47,531 bases of DNA from Planctomycetota bacterium (GTDB lineage Bacteria > Planctomycetota > UBA1135), in contig JASFYO010000001.1 in NCBI GenBank assembly GCA_045047305.1, forward strand, positions 1 through 47,531. The letters run 5' to 3'. Under the pieces are notes generated by a model that was not told where the DNA came from, ran no database searches, and saw only the letters and a program-made list of their open reading frames with translations. The first letter of the stretch is position 1, and the number at the start of each line of letters is the position of its first letter. The position numbers and the translations under genes are program-made. This document shows, in pieces, positions 9,249-18,185 of this stretch.

Positions 9249-10478
9249 TTACAGGAAGGAATCAAGCTCTTGATTCGTTTCAGGAAGGAGCACCTCTAAA
9301 GATCCCTCCGCGGAAACGATCCCTTCCAAGAAGTGATTCACCGAATGATAGAGGCAAGTGACCTCTGCGCATTCCTTGGAGGCATCAAAGCGGTTAAGGA
9401 TCTCGGCGGTGCCTTGCATCGCGCTTGCGTTGGCCCAACTTGCCTTATCGCCGATACGCGCTTTGTGTACGCCACGGTGCGCAGGGCAGTTGTAAACACC
9501 CAACGGGCTCACCACCTGACGCAAAGCCTGCATGTGGCAAACGCCTGGTTGGCGGCGATAGTTTTCCCAACTGCCATCGAGGAAAACGCGAAGATTGATA
9601 CTTTCGACCACGCGAAAGTTGTCGTCGGAATATTCCATCGAAGCGGCAATGCCTGCACGGATGTCATCGACCAGTTTTTCATGCTCGCATTCCGCTTGAC
9701 TTGGATTCATGACCTCGGCGCCATCTGCAGCACGGGTCAGGAATGGCTTAAACGAGATGTAGTCAAAGCCCGCCTCCTTCGCGCGACGTGATGCTGCAGC
9801 CATCTCACCCAAGTTCTCCACTACGCTTGCGCCCGCTTCCCGCTCGGAGCCATTCCAGGTAATCACAAAGCTATAGCCGAGTTGCACATGCGGATTCTTT
9901 TGCTTGATTGCACCCGCGCGCGCGCAAATCTCATCAAGATGAATGCCGCGGCCCTTCGGATGATGCATCGCTTGGAAGGTTTCGTCTTGCGCAGAATCTA
10001 GTGATAAACGCACCCAGTCTCCCGCAGTGAAGCAATCCGCAACTTCGGCGATAATCTCGTTGCGTGAGCCATTGGTGACCACCGCAACCTGCAACTCCAT
10101 CTGCTTGAGGAAACGCACGAAGTCGCCAAACCCTGGATAGAGGGTTGGCTCCCCACCACCGATGAGAATGACCGATTGCAGGCCGCGCTTTTTCAGCTCG
10201 ACCATGGATGCGCGCAACTCTTCCTCCTCATGCTTCACCGCGAGATTGAGCGCTTCCCAATCGATGCAGTGGTCGCAGGCGTAGTTGCATGCCGTAGTCA
10301 GATCCAAGTTAATCGAAATGGGCCCAATCGAAGGCAACGGCGGCGGATTTTCACCCGCAGCAGCTGCAGCGCGCACCGCACGTCTCCAGGTGAGGTATTC
10401 CAGCACCACCGGACGCGTCGAAGGCTGCAGTAACTTCCCGGTGAAGTCATGCATCGAGGAGAGTTCGTTTTTAACCAT
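9249..10478 (-). CDS. Radical SAM protein with C-terminal Cys-rich (SPASM/twitch-like) extension
   Basis: CNYACDHC, GGGEPTL, VTNGS, VRLSLDS; C-terminal CHMQ...YNCP...CAEVTC. Confidence 0.9.
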   Translation of the reverse strand: MVKNELSSMHDFTGKLLQPSTRPVVLEYLTWRRAVRAAAAAGENPPPLPSIGPISINLDLTTACNYACDHCIDWEALNLAVKHEEEELRASMVELKKRGLQSVILIGGGEPTLYPGFGDFVRFLKQMELQVAVVTNGSRNEIIAEVADCFTAGDWVRLSLDSAQDETFQAMHHPKGRGIHLDEICARAGAIKQKNPHVQLGYSFVITWNGSEREAGASVVENLGEMAAASRRAKEAGFDYISFKPFLTRAADGAEVMNPSQAECEHEKLVDDIRAGIAASMEYSDDNFRVVESINLRVFLDGSWENYRRQPGVCHMQALRQVVSPLGVYNCPAHRGVHKARIGDKASWANASAMQGTAEILNRFDASKECAEVTCLYHSVNHFLEGIVSAEGSLEVLLPETNQELDSFL

Positions 10479-11484
10479 GCACTGACTCGCGGTAAAGCTC
10501 TAGTAAATGTTCGAGTAGGAACTGACGTCGGACTAAGGATTCGTCGAGTGGGGCGGAATGAGATGCCTGCGCTTGAAGAACGCGTTTTAGGAAAGCGCGT
10601 AGATTGGACTCCATGGGATCGGGAATCGCAACTGGAGTACAGGACTCGGATCCATCGACAAAGCTGATGGCGTAGGTGGATGGATCCACCATGCGTCGGC
10701 ACAGGGCATCGTCGAAGGCAAACTCAGCCGGCCGAGGATAACACTCCATATCCTCTAACATGACTTCGCACGCAAGTTCGCGATCCATGGTGCGGTAAGT
10801 AAAGCACAGGCGGGAGTCCACGGCGTCGGGGCCGGACTCTAGATAGACCACATCTTCCAGGTCTGCGGGGCCGGGCATCACTTCCTGAATCAAACTCAAC
10901 GGATGCGACAACACCTCGTGCCAACGCGCCAAACCGCGCATGGGTGGTGCCATCAGCATGCGAAAGCGTGTTACGGATTCTAAATCTAAATGTGGATGCA
11001 AGGCGCGGAAGGCGGGCATCACTTGCGGCCATTGACAGTTTTCCGCCAACACCAAATTCGCTGCTGCATATTGCTCGAGCAGGTCCAAAGCCACAGCAGC
11101 TGGTGCCGCGATGAGAGGTTTCTCGCAGTACACGTGTGCGCCGGCATCTAAGGCGGCACCTAACCAGGCGCGATGGGTGCCAAGCGGAGAGGCCACGATC
11201 ACGACATCGGGGTGCAACTCATCGAGCATGCGCTGATGATCAACATAAGCCGCAGTGCGCAATCCTTGCTCCGCCAACCACTCCACAGCCTTGCGCGCGG
11301 AAGTAGGTCTAGTACCCAGCACCCCCGCAACTTTCGCTCCAGCACGATCTGCCTGTAAGGCCAAAAACGGACCTGTCCCCTGCCGCACCCGACGCGCACC
11401 AACCACAGCAACCGTCAACTCCGAGGCAAAAGGGTTGCCATCGGATTCCGGATGCTCTGCGAACTGGGATTCAGAACTGCTCAT
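10471..11484 (-). CDS. Gfo/Idh/MocA family oxidoreductase
   Basis: VAVVGA Rossmann start, DVVIVASP..TH, AGAHVYCEKPL. Confidence 0.85.
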   Translation of the reverse strand: MSSSESQFAEHPESDGNPFASELTVAVVGARRVRQGTGPFLALQADRAGAKVAGVLGTRPTSARKAVEWLAEQGLRTAAYVDHQRMLDELHPDVVIVASPLGTHRAWLGAALDAGAHVYCEKPLIAAPAAVALDLLEQYAAANLVLAENCQWPQVMPAFRALHPHLDLESVTRFRMLMAPPMRGLARWHEVLSHPLSLIQEVMPGPADLEDVVYLESGPDAVDSRLCFTYRTMDRELACEVMLEDMECYPRPAEFAFDDALCRRMVDPSTYAISFVDGSESCTPVAIPDPMESNLRAFLKRVLQAQASHSAPLDESLVRRQFLLEHLLELYRESVHG

Positions 11485-11491
11485 GCACTCG

Positions 11492-11498
11492 TATCCTA
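11492..11498. promoter_or_regulatory. Overlapping back-to-back -10 boxes in a 21-bp divergent gap
   Basis: TATCCT (+, 11492-11497) lies 8 nt before GTG 11506; TAGGAT (-, 11498-11493) lies 8 nt before ATG 11484. Confidence 0.45.
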
Positions 11499-11505
11499 GC
11501 CGAGC

Positions 11506-12498
11506 GTGTCTCCCGATAACTCCCCTTCCGTCGCCCTCGTGCGTCTGCCGAATCCGCTCGGCGATGTGGTCATGACCACCCCGCTGTTACGCGCACTGAA
11601 AACCGCGTGGCCGCAAACACGCATCGTGGCCGCTGGCAAGGCACCGTATCGGGAGTTGCTTGAAGGATTAGACAGTGTCGATAGATTTATAGCACTAGAT
11701 GGTGAACTCCCGAATCATCTGGCATTACGCGAAGCCGGGGCTGATCTCATCCTGATTCTGCCCAACTCGTGGTCATCGGCCATCGCTGCTTTGCGCGCAC
11801 GTATTCCTTTGCGCATTGGACGACGCAATCAAGGGCGACGCGTTTTATTGAGTCGTGCTCTACCAACAATTCCTGAAGCCGCGCCGATGACCGAGCTCTA
11901 CGCCGACTTCCTCCCCGCACTTGGATTGCCGCACAAGATTGGCGCTGCAGAACTTGTTGCCCCCGACCTTCCCCGCACCGTGCTTCCGCCCTCCGAGCAT
12001 TATCTGGCGGTAGCTCCCGGCGCGGCATTTGGCCCTTCCAAAAAGTATCCACAATCCATGTTGGTGCAAGCGCTCACCCAGTTATCGGAAGTGCACGGCT
12101 TTCACCCTATTTTATTAGGCTCCCCTAATGAGCGCTCCGAGTTGGAGGAGTTAGCCGAACGCTTGCCAGTGGATTCCACACTCACCGCGCCGGGCGATCA
12201 TGGTTTGGACGAAGCCAAAGCTCTCATCCAAAAGTCCAGTGTCGTCCTCGCGATGGATAATGGCGCGCGTCACATGGCGGCAGCTTTAGGCACCCCGCAA
12301 GTTGTGCTTTATGGGCCGACCCATCCGCAATGGAGCGCACACGCCTTGGAAAAAACGACCATCCTGCGCCGCGAGGAATTGGACTGTCTCAACTGCCATA
12401 AAAAGAATTGTCCGCTGAGCGGTCATCCATGCATGACGCGGATCACTCCGGAGGCGGTTGTGCATGCCATCCTCCACAACCGGCTGCATAAAACTTAG
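11506..12498 (+). CDS. waaF: ADP-heptose:LPS heptosyltransferase II (GT9)
   Basis: RLPNPLGDVVMTTP, LPNSWSSA, APGAAFGPSKKY, DNGARHMAAALGTPQVVLYGPT, C-terminal Cys cluster. Confidence 0.85.
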   Translation: MSPDNSPSVALVRLPNPLGDVVMTTPLLRALKTAWPQTRIVAAGKAPYRELLEGLDSVDRFIALDGELPNHLALREAGADLILILPNSWSSAIAALRARIPLRIGRRNQGRRVLLSRALPTIPEAAPMTELYADFLPALGLPHKIGAAELVAPDLPRTVLPPSEHYLAVAPGAAFGPSKKYPQSMLVQALTQLSEVHGFHPILLGSPNERSELEELAERLPVDSTLTAPGDHGLDEAKALIQKSSVVLAMDNGARHMAAALGTPQVVLYGPTHPQWSAHALEKTTILRREELDCLNCHKKNCPLSGHPCMTRITPEAVVHAILHNRLHKT

Positions 12499-12500
12499 CC

Positions 12501-13625
12501 ATGCCCCGCTCCCTGCGCTCGCCCTTCCCTTATGTGCCGCTTGGCCCAATCGAGCTGCACATGGATGCAACACAAACATGGGAGCGGCTACTCGCTGACA
12601 TTGCTGCGGCACGGGAAGAAGTGCTTTTCGAGAACTATATCTTGCTCGATGGAGCCGCGGCCGACGCCCTGATTGTTGCACTCACCCAAGCGAAATCGCA
12701 AGGCGCCAACATTCGCATGATGATTGATGGGGCCGGCTCCCACGATATGACTTCAGTGCTTATGCAAAGGCTGGAAGCCGTAGCCGAGGTGCGCATCTTT
12801 CATCCCTTGCGCTGGAAAACTTTGTTCTTCCGTTTCCGCAGTCGCTTCATGCAACGCACCCACCGACGCTTGGTGATTGTGGATCGCATAGTGCTGTGGT
12901 GTGGCGGCTTAGCAGTGGAAGATACCTGGTGGAAAGGTGCCGATGCCCCCTTCCTTGATGCGATGGTGCGCTGTTGTGGACCGGTGGTCGCGCAGGCTCG
13001 GGTAGCATTTGAATCTCTGTGGTCGGGCAAGCCAGAAATGGAGTTGGTGCCGAAAGGACAACGCGGGATTCATGCGGAAGAGATTCGAGTGCTACCGCAA
13101 CGTGCGCGCAGGCTATCGTGTTTCCGCTATTCGCTTTTACATCGTATCGGGCGCGCGCAAAACCGCGTTTGGTTGAGTACGGCATACTTCATTCCCCCAC
13201 GTCGCCTGCGCAGAGCCTTCATTCTTGCTGCAGAACGCGGGTTAGATGTCCGCTTACTCCTGCCTGGACCCAAACTTCATGATCACCCAGCAGTGCGTTT
13301 CGCATCGCGGCGCTATTACGCACAACTGTTGCGTCATGGCGTGAAGATCTATGAGTATCAGCCGTCTTTCCAGCATTCGAAAGCTTGCCTCTTCGACGAC
13401 CACTTAGTGATTGTGGGCACACCGAATATCGATCGTTGGTCCAACTTGTGGAATCATGAGATTGCCATCGACATGTTTGCCACGGAAATCAATCAAAGTC
13501 TAGCCGAACACTTTGAAACTGCGTTTGAGCAAAGCCGGTGCTACACCCTTGCCGGATGGAAGCAGCGTTCCTTATGGAGCCGCTTTCTCGAATACTTCTT
13601 TGGCATTTTTGATCAGGCTTTTTAG
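12501..13625 (+). CDS. Phospholipase D family, cardiolipin synthase B-like
   Basis: Two PLD halves: THRRLVIVD (variant) and QHSKACLFD...GTPNID; STAYFIPP; adjacent to a YbhP-like EEP gene. Confidence 0.82.
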   Translation: MPRSLRSPFPYVPLGPIELHMDATQTWERLLADIAAAREEVLFENYILLDGAAADALIVALTQAKSQGANIRMMIDGAGSHDMTSVLMQRLEAVAEVRIFHPLRWKTLFFRFRSRFMQRTHRRLVIVDRIVLWCGGLAVEDTWWKGADAPFLDAMVRCCGPVVAQARVAFESLWSGKPEMELVPKGQRGIHAEEIRVLPQRARRLSCFRYSLLHRIGRAQNRVWLSTAYFIPPRRLRRAFILAAERGLDVRLLLPGPKLHDHPAVRFASRRYYAQLLRHGVKIYEYQPSFQHSKACLFDDHLVIVGTPNIDRWSNLWNHEIAIDMFATEINQSLAEHFETAFEQSRCYTLAGWKQRSLWSRFLEYFFGIFDQAF

Positions 13626-13627
13626 AC

Positions 13628-14365
13628 ATGCAACTGCGTTTGATGACATGGAATATCCATCGTTGCATCGGCCTTGACCGATGCTTTGACCCGGACCGCG
13701 TGATTGAGGCCTTGCGTCATCATCAGCCCGACATCCTTCTTCTACAGGAAGTCGATCGTGGAGTACCGCGCTCGAAAAAACTGTATTTAGATCACCTGAT
13801 TGCCGAGGCCATGGACTACCCTTTCCACACTTGGTCGCAGGCGCATGTTTTGAAGCAAGGCAGTTATGGCAATGCCACCTTCTCGCGCTTTCCAATCGTA
13901 AAACGCCGAGTTTTAGACTTAAAGTTGGGGCGGCGTAAAAACCGCAACTGCCTATACACCCGATTGCAGTTGCCGCATCGTTCCAACCTGCATTTGTTCA
14001 ACTGGCATTTAGGCTTGTCGGCGAAGGAACGCACCAAACAAGTGCAGCGGGTTCTCGCCAGCAACACGATGAAGGATTTACCGAAGCGTCATGCGGTGGT
14101 GTTGGGTGGCGACACCAATGATTGGCGCAACCTTCTGTTTCATGGAGCTGGGGTTGGAGATGCTGCATTCAAGGCCTGGAGCGAACATGGCCAACGTGCT
14201 CACTTGAAAACTTTCCCTAGCCCGAACCCGGTGGGTGCCTTAGATAAGTTCTTTTGGCGTGGTCCGCTGCAGGAAGAAAATATTCACGTCAGCAAGTTGA
14301 AGGTCGCGCGCGCGGCGAGTGATCATTTACCGTTACTGGCCGAGTTCCGGTTGGGTAAGGGGTAG
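13628..14365 (+). CDS. Endonuclease/exonuclease/phosphatase (EEP, YbhP-like) protein
   Basis: TWNIH, LLQEVD, YGNATFSR, GDTNDW, LDKFF, ASDHLPL. Confidence 0.9.
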   Translation: MQLRLMTWNIHRCIGLDRCFDPDRVIEALRHHQPDILLLQEVDRGVPRSKKLYLDHLIAEAMDYPFHTWSQAHVLKQGSYGNATFSRFPIVKRRVLDLKLGRRKNRNCLYTRLQLPHRSNLHLFNWHLGLSAKERTKQVQRVLASNTMKDLPKRHAVVLGGDTNDWRNLLFHGAGVGDAAFKAWSEHGQRAHLKTFPSPNPVGALDKFFWRGPLQEENIHVSKLKVARAASDHLPLLAEFRLGKG

Positions 14366-14389
14366 GCCCCGATTCGATTCTCGAAAAAA

Positions 14390-16420
14390 ATGAACCTCAC
14401 TCTTCTTTTCTGCGCATTGAGTTCCTTCTCCGCTTTGCAAGCGCATGAAAGCGGACCGATGGAACCGCAACAAGGACGCACGCTAAAAATTCGAGTCCGG
14501 ACTAGCGAGTTCTTAAATACCACTGCGCCAGTCGTTGCCAATATTCATTTCCAAATCGGCGTGTGTTTCGTCGAAGAAAACGACTGGAACTTGTCCCTGC
14601 AACAGCCTCCGCAGAATCCTTTGCTACTGGTAGAAGGCGTGAGCGATGCCGATGGGGTTTATTTCACAGAAACCTTTGTCCCTGCCTCATGGCTGCTTAC
14701 CACAGACGGGAGAAAGCCAGTTCTCTGGGGACGGGTGGTCGAAGACGGGTATATCCAAAGCTATAGGAAGCGAAAGTTCCCGGAGGATGGGACCCAAACC
14801 TTCGACTTTCCGATTCAGGCACGTGAAGGCACCACCATTCGTGGAAAAGTTCTACGCAAGGATGGCACTCCGGCGCAAGGTGCCGAAGTCACCTATGTAG
14901 AATTTAGTGAACGCAAGAATCTTCTACTGAAGGAGTCGGGCACGCAAACCAATGACGCCGGGAAGTTCGAAATCCACCTGGCCACGGTTGACTCCTACAC
15001 CTTATTAGCGGAACTCGGTGGTGGTGGAAACGCTTGGGTAGTAGACGCTCCCCTTTCCGCTACGGACCCTGCACAAGACATCCTTCTGCAACTGCGCGGA
15101 GATGGCGTCCTTGCGGGCAGAATCCTTGACCCTGCTGGCAACCCTGCGCGGCATGATTCGATCCGGGCTATTCCCGCCTACCCACCTGAGGATTGGGATA
15201 CCCATCGTTCTTCGGTCATCGCTCCGCACCGCCTAAGCGATGAAGGCTTAGCTTCTTCTTATGGAACCACCGACAATGATGGCTACTTCCGTTTCGAAGG
15301 CCTTCAGCGCGGTGCATATCAAATCGTTGGCCGCACTCCCGCCAACTATTTTGAGCAAAGGCTCACTCTGGAACCAGTTTCCACTGGAGAAGAAAACCTA
15401 CTTCTAGAACGCAAGGGTTATCGTTTCGTGTTGCGTGTGCTGGATGATCAAGGCCAGGTGGTGCACCCAGAGTTAATGCACAGGCGGTCGCAATGGACCA
15501 AGCATCATGCCTTGTTCCTGGAACACTGCGATGAGAATGGAGTTATTGACAACACGACTTATCATCCAGAGATTCATCGCGTATGGAGCGAGAATGGAGA
15601 AACGGTTTTCACGGTGGAGCCTGGAAAGAGTTATGCCTTTGGAGTGATTTCGGCAGCATCTCCGCTCCTGGAGCAAACGATTACGATTGGCACCGACCGC
15701 TATGAAACCTTCCGCACGGTCCAACTTGCACCACCCAAAGAACCAAGCTACATCAAGTTGCTCGTGCAATCGGATCGTGGAGAGACCGTCCCTCCCTACC
15801 TAAACCGTTCCATTTCGAGCCTTGAGTCTGGCGTGGTCCTCTTGGAAGGCGGCCTGTCCTTTGACCTTGATGCAACTCTAGAATCGGCCATTGCAGCGGG
15901 AGATTATCTGCTCAAGGCCGACGGGAAGTTCGCCATGAACCTAAGCGGTGGATTGAATTGGGTCGATTGGAACCCTGCAGAAAGAGTGCTTCATGTAAAC
16001 CCTGGAGAGCACATGGAACCAATCTTGGTTCTTGCGGGCGGTGGACGTTTTCGGGTTTCCGTACGTGCCGTCGGCCAGCCCGATGTACCCGCCAAGTTCG
16101 AAATGTGGAGCCTCGATACGGACGATAATTTCCAAGCTGTTTATTACGATGGCGTGCATTTCCGGCTCACTTCGATGGCCACCGGGGAAACGATAGAGCC
16201 AACTTTTTTGCTCCCGCTCCCAACTTTTATGACCCATCATTACGACTACGGAGATTGGGTACGCAATGGCGATACGGAATCTGCTTATGACCTTTTAGCT
16301 CCTGGGAAATACATGCTCCGCGCACAAATGGACGGCTATCCCGTGGTGGAACAGATGATTCAGATTGCTTATGGAGAGACCACTGTGGTGCAGGTGGTTC
16401 TGAACGGATCGATCAAATAG
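14390..16420 (+). CDS. Secreted protein with carboxypeptidase-regulatory-like (transthyretin-like) repeats
   Basis: Signal peptide; IRGKVLRKDGTPAQGAEV, LAGRILDPAGNP...TTDNDGYFRFEGLQRGAYQI repeats. Confidence 0.7.
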   Translation: MNLTLLFCALSSFSALQAHESGPMEPQQGRTLKIRVRTSEFLNTTAPVVANIHFQIGVCFVEENDWNLSLQQPPQNPLLLVEGVSDADGVYFTETFVPASWLLTTDGRKPVLWGRVVEDGYIQSYRKRKFPEDGTQTFDFPIQAREGTTIRGKVLRKDGTPAQGAEVTYVEFSERKNLLLKESGTQTNDAGKFEIHLATVDSYTLLAELGGGGNAWVVDAPLSATDPAQDILLQLRGDGVLAGRILDPAGNPARHDSIRAIPAYPPEDWDTHRSSVIAPHRLSDEGLASSYGTTDNDGYFRFEGLQRGAYQIVGRTPANYFEQRLTLEPVSTGEENLLLERKGYRFVLRVLDDQGQVVHPELMHRRSQWTKHHALFLEHCDENGVIDNTTYHPEIHRVWSENGETVFTVEPGKSYAFGVISAASPLLEQTITIGTDRYETFRTVQLAPPKEPSYIKLLVQSDRGETVPPYLNRSISSLESGVVLLEGGLSFDLDATLESAIAAGDYLLKADGKFAMNLSGGLNWVDWNPAERVLHVNPGEHMEPILVLAGGGRFRVSVRAVGQPDVPAKFEMWSLDTDDNFQAVYYDGVHFRLTSMATGETIEPTFLLPLPTFMTHHYDYGDWVRNGDTESAYDLLAPGKYMLRAQMDGYPVVEQMIQIAYGETTVVQVVLNGSIK

Positions 16421-16430
16421 AGGCGTCCTG

Positions 16431-18185
16431 CTACTGAATCACGGTCATGCCTAACGTGGAGACGGTCCAAATCCAATCTGGTCCGGAAGTTGCTTCCACA
16501 ATGGCGCGCGAGTAAATCGTAGTACCGAGCAGAGCCGGATTATTGGGCACAAGAATGACAATGGTGCCTTCTCCGACACTATCCAAGATAGTCGTGAACG
16601 GCCGACTCGAAAGGCTAAAGGAAAGCAATGGAGAGGCGGCTAAATGAGTCCTCCATTCACCGAGCTTCAACCCACCAATATTATCGAAAGCCGTGGAGAG
16701 CAGAAGAGTACAGGCGCGATTGACGCCATTCGGGATACTTATGGTTGCTTGCAAGGATGCTCCCGGGGCAATGGTTTCTGGCACGAATAGAGTTTTCTGA
16801 CTGTAGATGAGACCGGGGGTCGGGAAATTTCCAGGTCGATTAAGTCGATCGAAGTCAGCGATTGGGGCTCCGTGGAAGAATTCTACGCACCCATCGCGAT
16901 CAATATCTCCAATCGGCATAAAGAAAGGGTCCGCACCGTAGATTATTGAGTCCGGGAACCATGGCTCCATATCAACCGGCAAATTTTCGAATCGAATAAA
17001 TGCTCCAGTCATGGCATCGAGATGAGCTATCCCATAAAAATCTACACCGAAAATTTCATTTCGAACAGAAATGACCTGGCATAAATCGAACACTCCAGGA
17101 TTCCCCAGCACTGGACTGTAAAACGAAAAGTGGTGAGGGCGGTAGGTAAACAATCCCGGTGGGAACAGGCCGTCCATGTAATGAGCGTTCGTCTCCCAAA
17201 TAGCTGTTCCGGTTGCTCCATCAGACATCCGTAGTAGGTCATTTGCTGGGACAAGCCCTGATGCTGTCATGCCCAGCATGGTAATTAAGGCATCCGCCAC
17301 CCCATCACTATTCACATCCTTCCCTCCAACGTTGGAGCCTACAGTTATGGAGTCTACAATTCGGTTTTCCCAAAGGACCTGCCCATCCACTCCGGACAGC
17401 GCAAGCTGAACTGATTTGCGCTGCAGGGTAATTGGATTGAATGATTCGAAAGTTGTGATTAAATCACCTGCGCCATCACCATTCAAATCCTTTGGGGGGC
17501 CAAGCTCGAAATTCTGCGTAGGCTGGTAGTCTCCATTAAGACCCACTTCATAATGGGTCCAGGGAACGGTCATTGTCTTCCCATCCACCATCGCAAGCAC
17601 GGCTGCACCACTTGTTGAGTAGGAGTTCAAAAAGAAATCGTCAAAGCCATCTTGATTAAGGTCACCTGCCCAGTGGTAACCAGTCCACAAACCGATTGCA
17701 CCCCACGTGGGGTGCGGTGGTGGCGGGATTACATGCCCTACTAGGGAATGCGTTGCCCAATCAAAAATCCCCACCACATTAAGATTGTAGTCGTGAAGGG
17801 CAATGCGAAGCCCAGTTGGGGAACCTAAAAACGCGACTCGCGGCTCCCTAAAATTTGCCGCTGGCCGATAAGCGCTATTCAATTGATCGAACGACGGAAA
17901 GTCAAAGGTACCCGACCCTAATCCTTCAAATTGCCGGGCGGTCAACTCAGTGAAAGGAGAATGGCCAACAGGCCAGATGATGCTACCCCCAATTAGGAAG
18001 TCCATTTTCTGATTACCATCGTGATCGCCAAGAGGGATCGCTGTCCCCCAAAGCGCATTCGAAATGGAGTCCGGCGGGATGGGGATGATGACATCTTCAA
18101 TTACCCACTCCCGCTCGGGCGTTTGCGGAAGGGCGCTATTAGCGGGCAGGAACAAACCCAAGAGACAAGTTACGAAGGCCATCAT
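16431..18185 (-). CDS. Secreted FG-GAP/VCBS-repeat protein with conserved C-terminal domain (cassette 1, gene 2)
   Basis: Signal peptide; GDHDGNQ, GDLNQDGFDD, DLNGDGAGD, DVNSDGVAD, GDIDRDG repeats; paralog of 36351-38072; ATGA overlap with the upstream gene. Confidence 0.8.
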   Translation of the reverse strand: MMAFVTCLLGLFLPANSALPQTPEREWVIEDVIIPIPPDSISNALWGTAIPLGDHDGNQKMDFLIGGSIIWPVGHSPFTELTARQFEGLGSGTFDFPSFDQLNSAYRPAANFREPRVAFLGSPTGLRIALHDYNLNVVGIFDWATHSLVGHVIPPPPHPTWGAIGLWTGYHWAGDLNQDGFDDFFLNSYSTSGAAVLAMVDGKTMTVPWTHYEVGLNGDYQPTQNFELGPPKDLNGDGAGDLITTFESFNPITLQRKSVQLALSGVDGQVLWENRIVDSITVGSNVGGKDVNSDGVADALITMLGMTASGLVPANDLLRMSDGATGTAIWETNAHYMDGLFPPGLFTYRPHHFSFYSPVLGNPGVFDLCQVISVRNEIFGVDFYGIAHLDAMTGAFIRFENLPVDMEPWFPDSIIYGADPFFMPIGDIDRDGCVEFFHGAPIADFDRLNRPGNFPTPGLIYSQKTLFVPETIAPGASLQATISIPNGVNRACTLLLSTAFDNIGGLKLGEWRTHLAASPLLSFSLSSRPFTTILDSVGEGTIVILVPNNPALLGTTIYSRAIVEATSGPDWIWTVSTLGMTVIQ

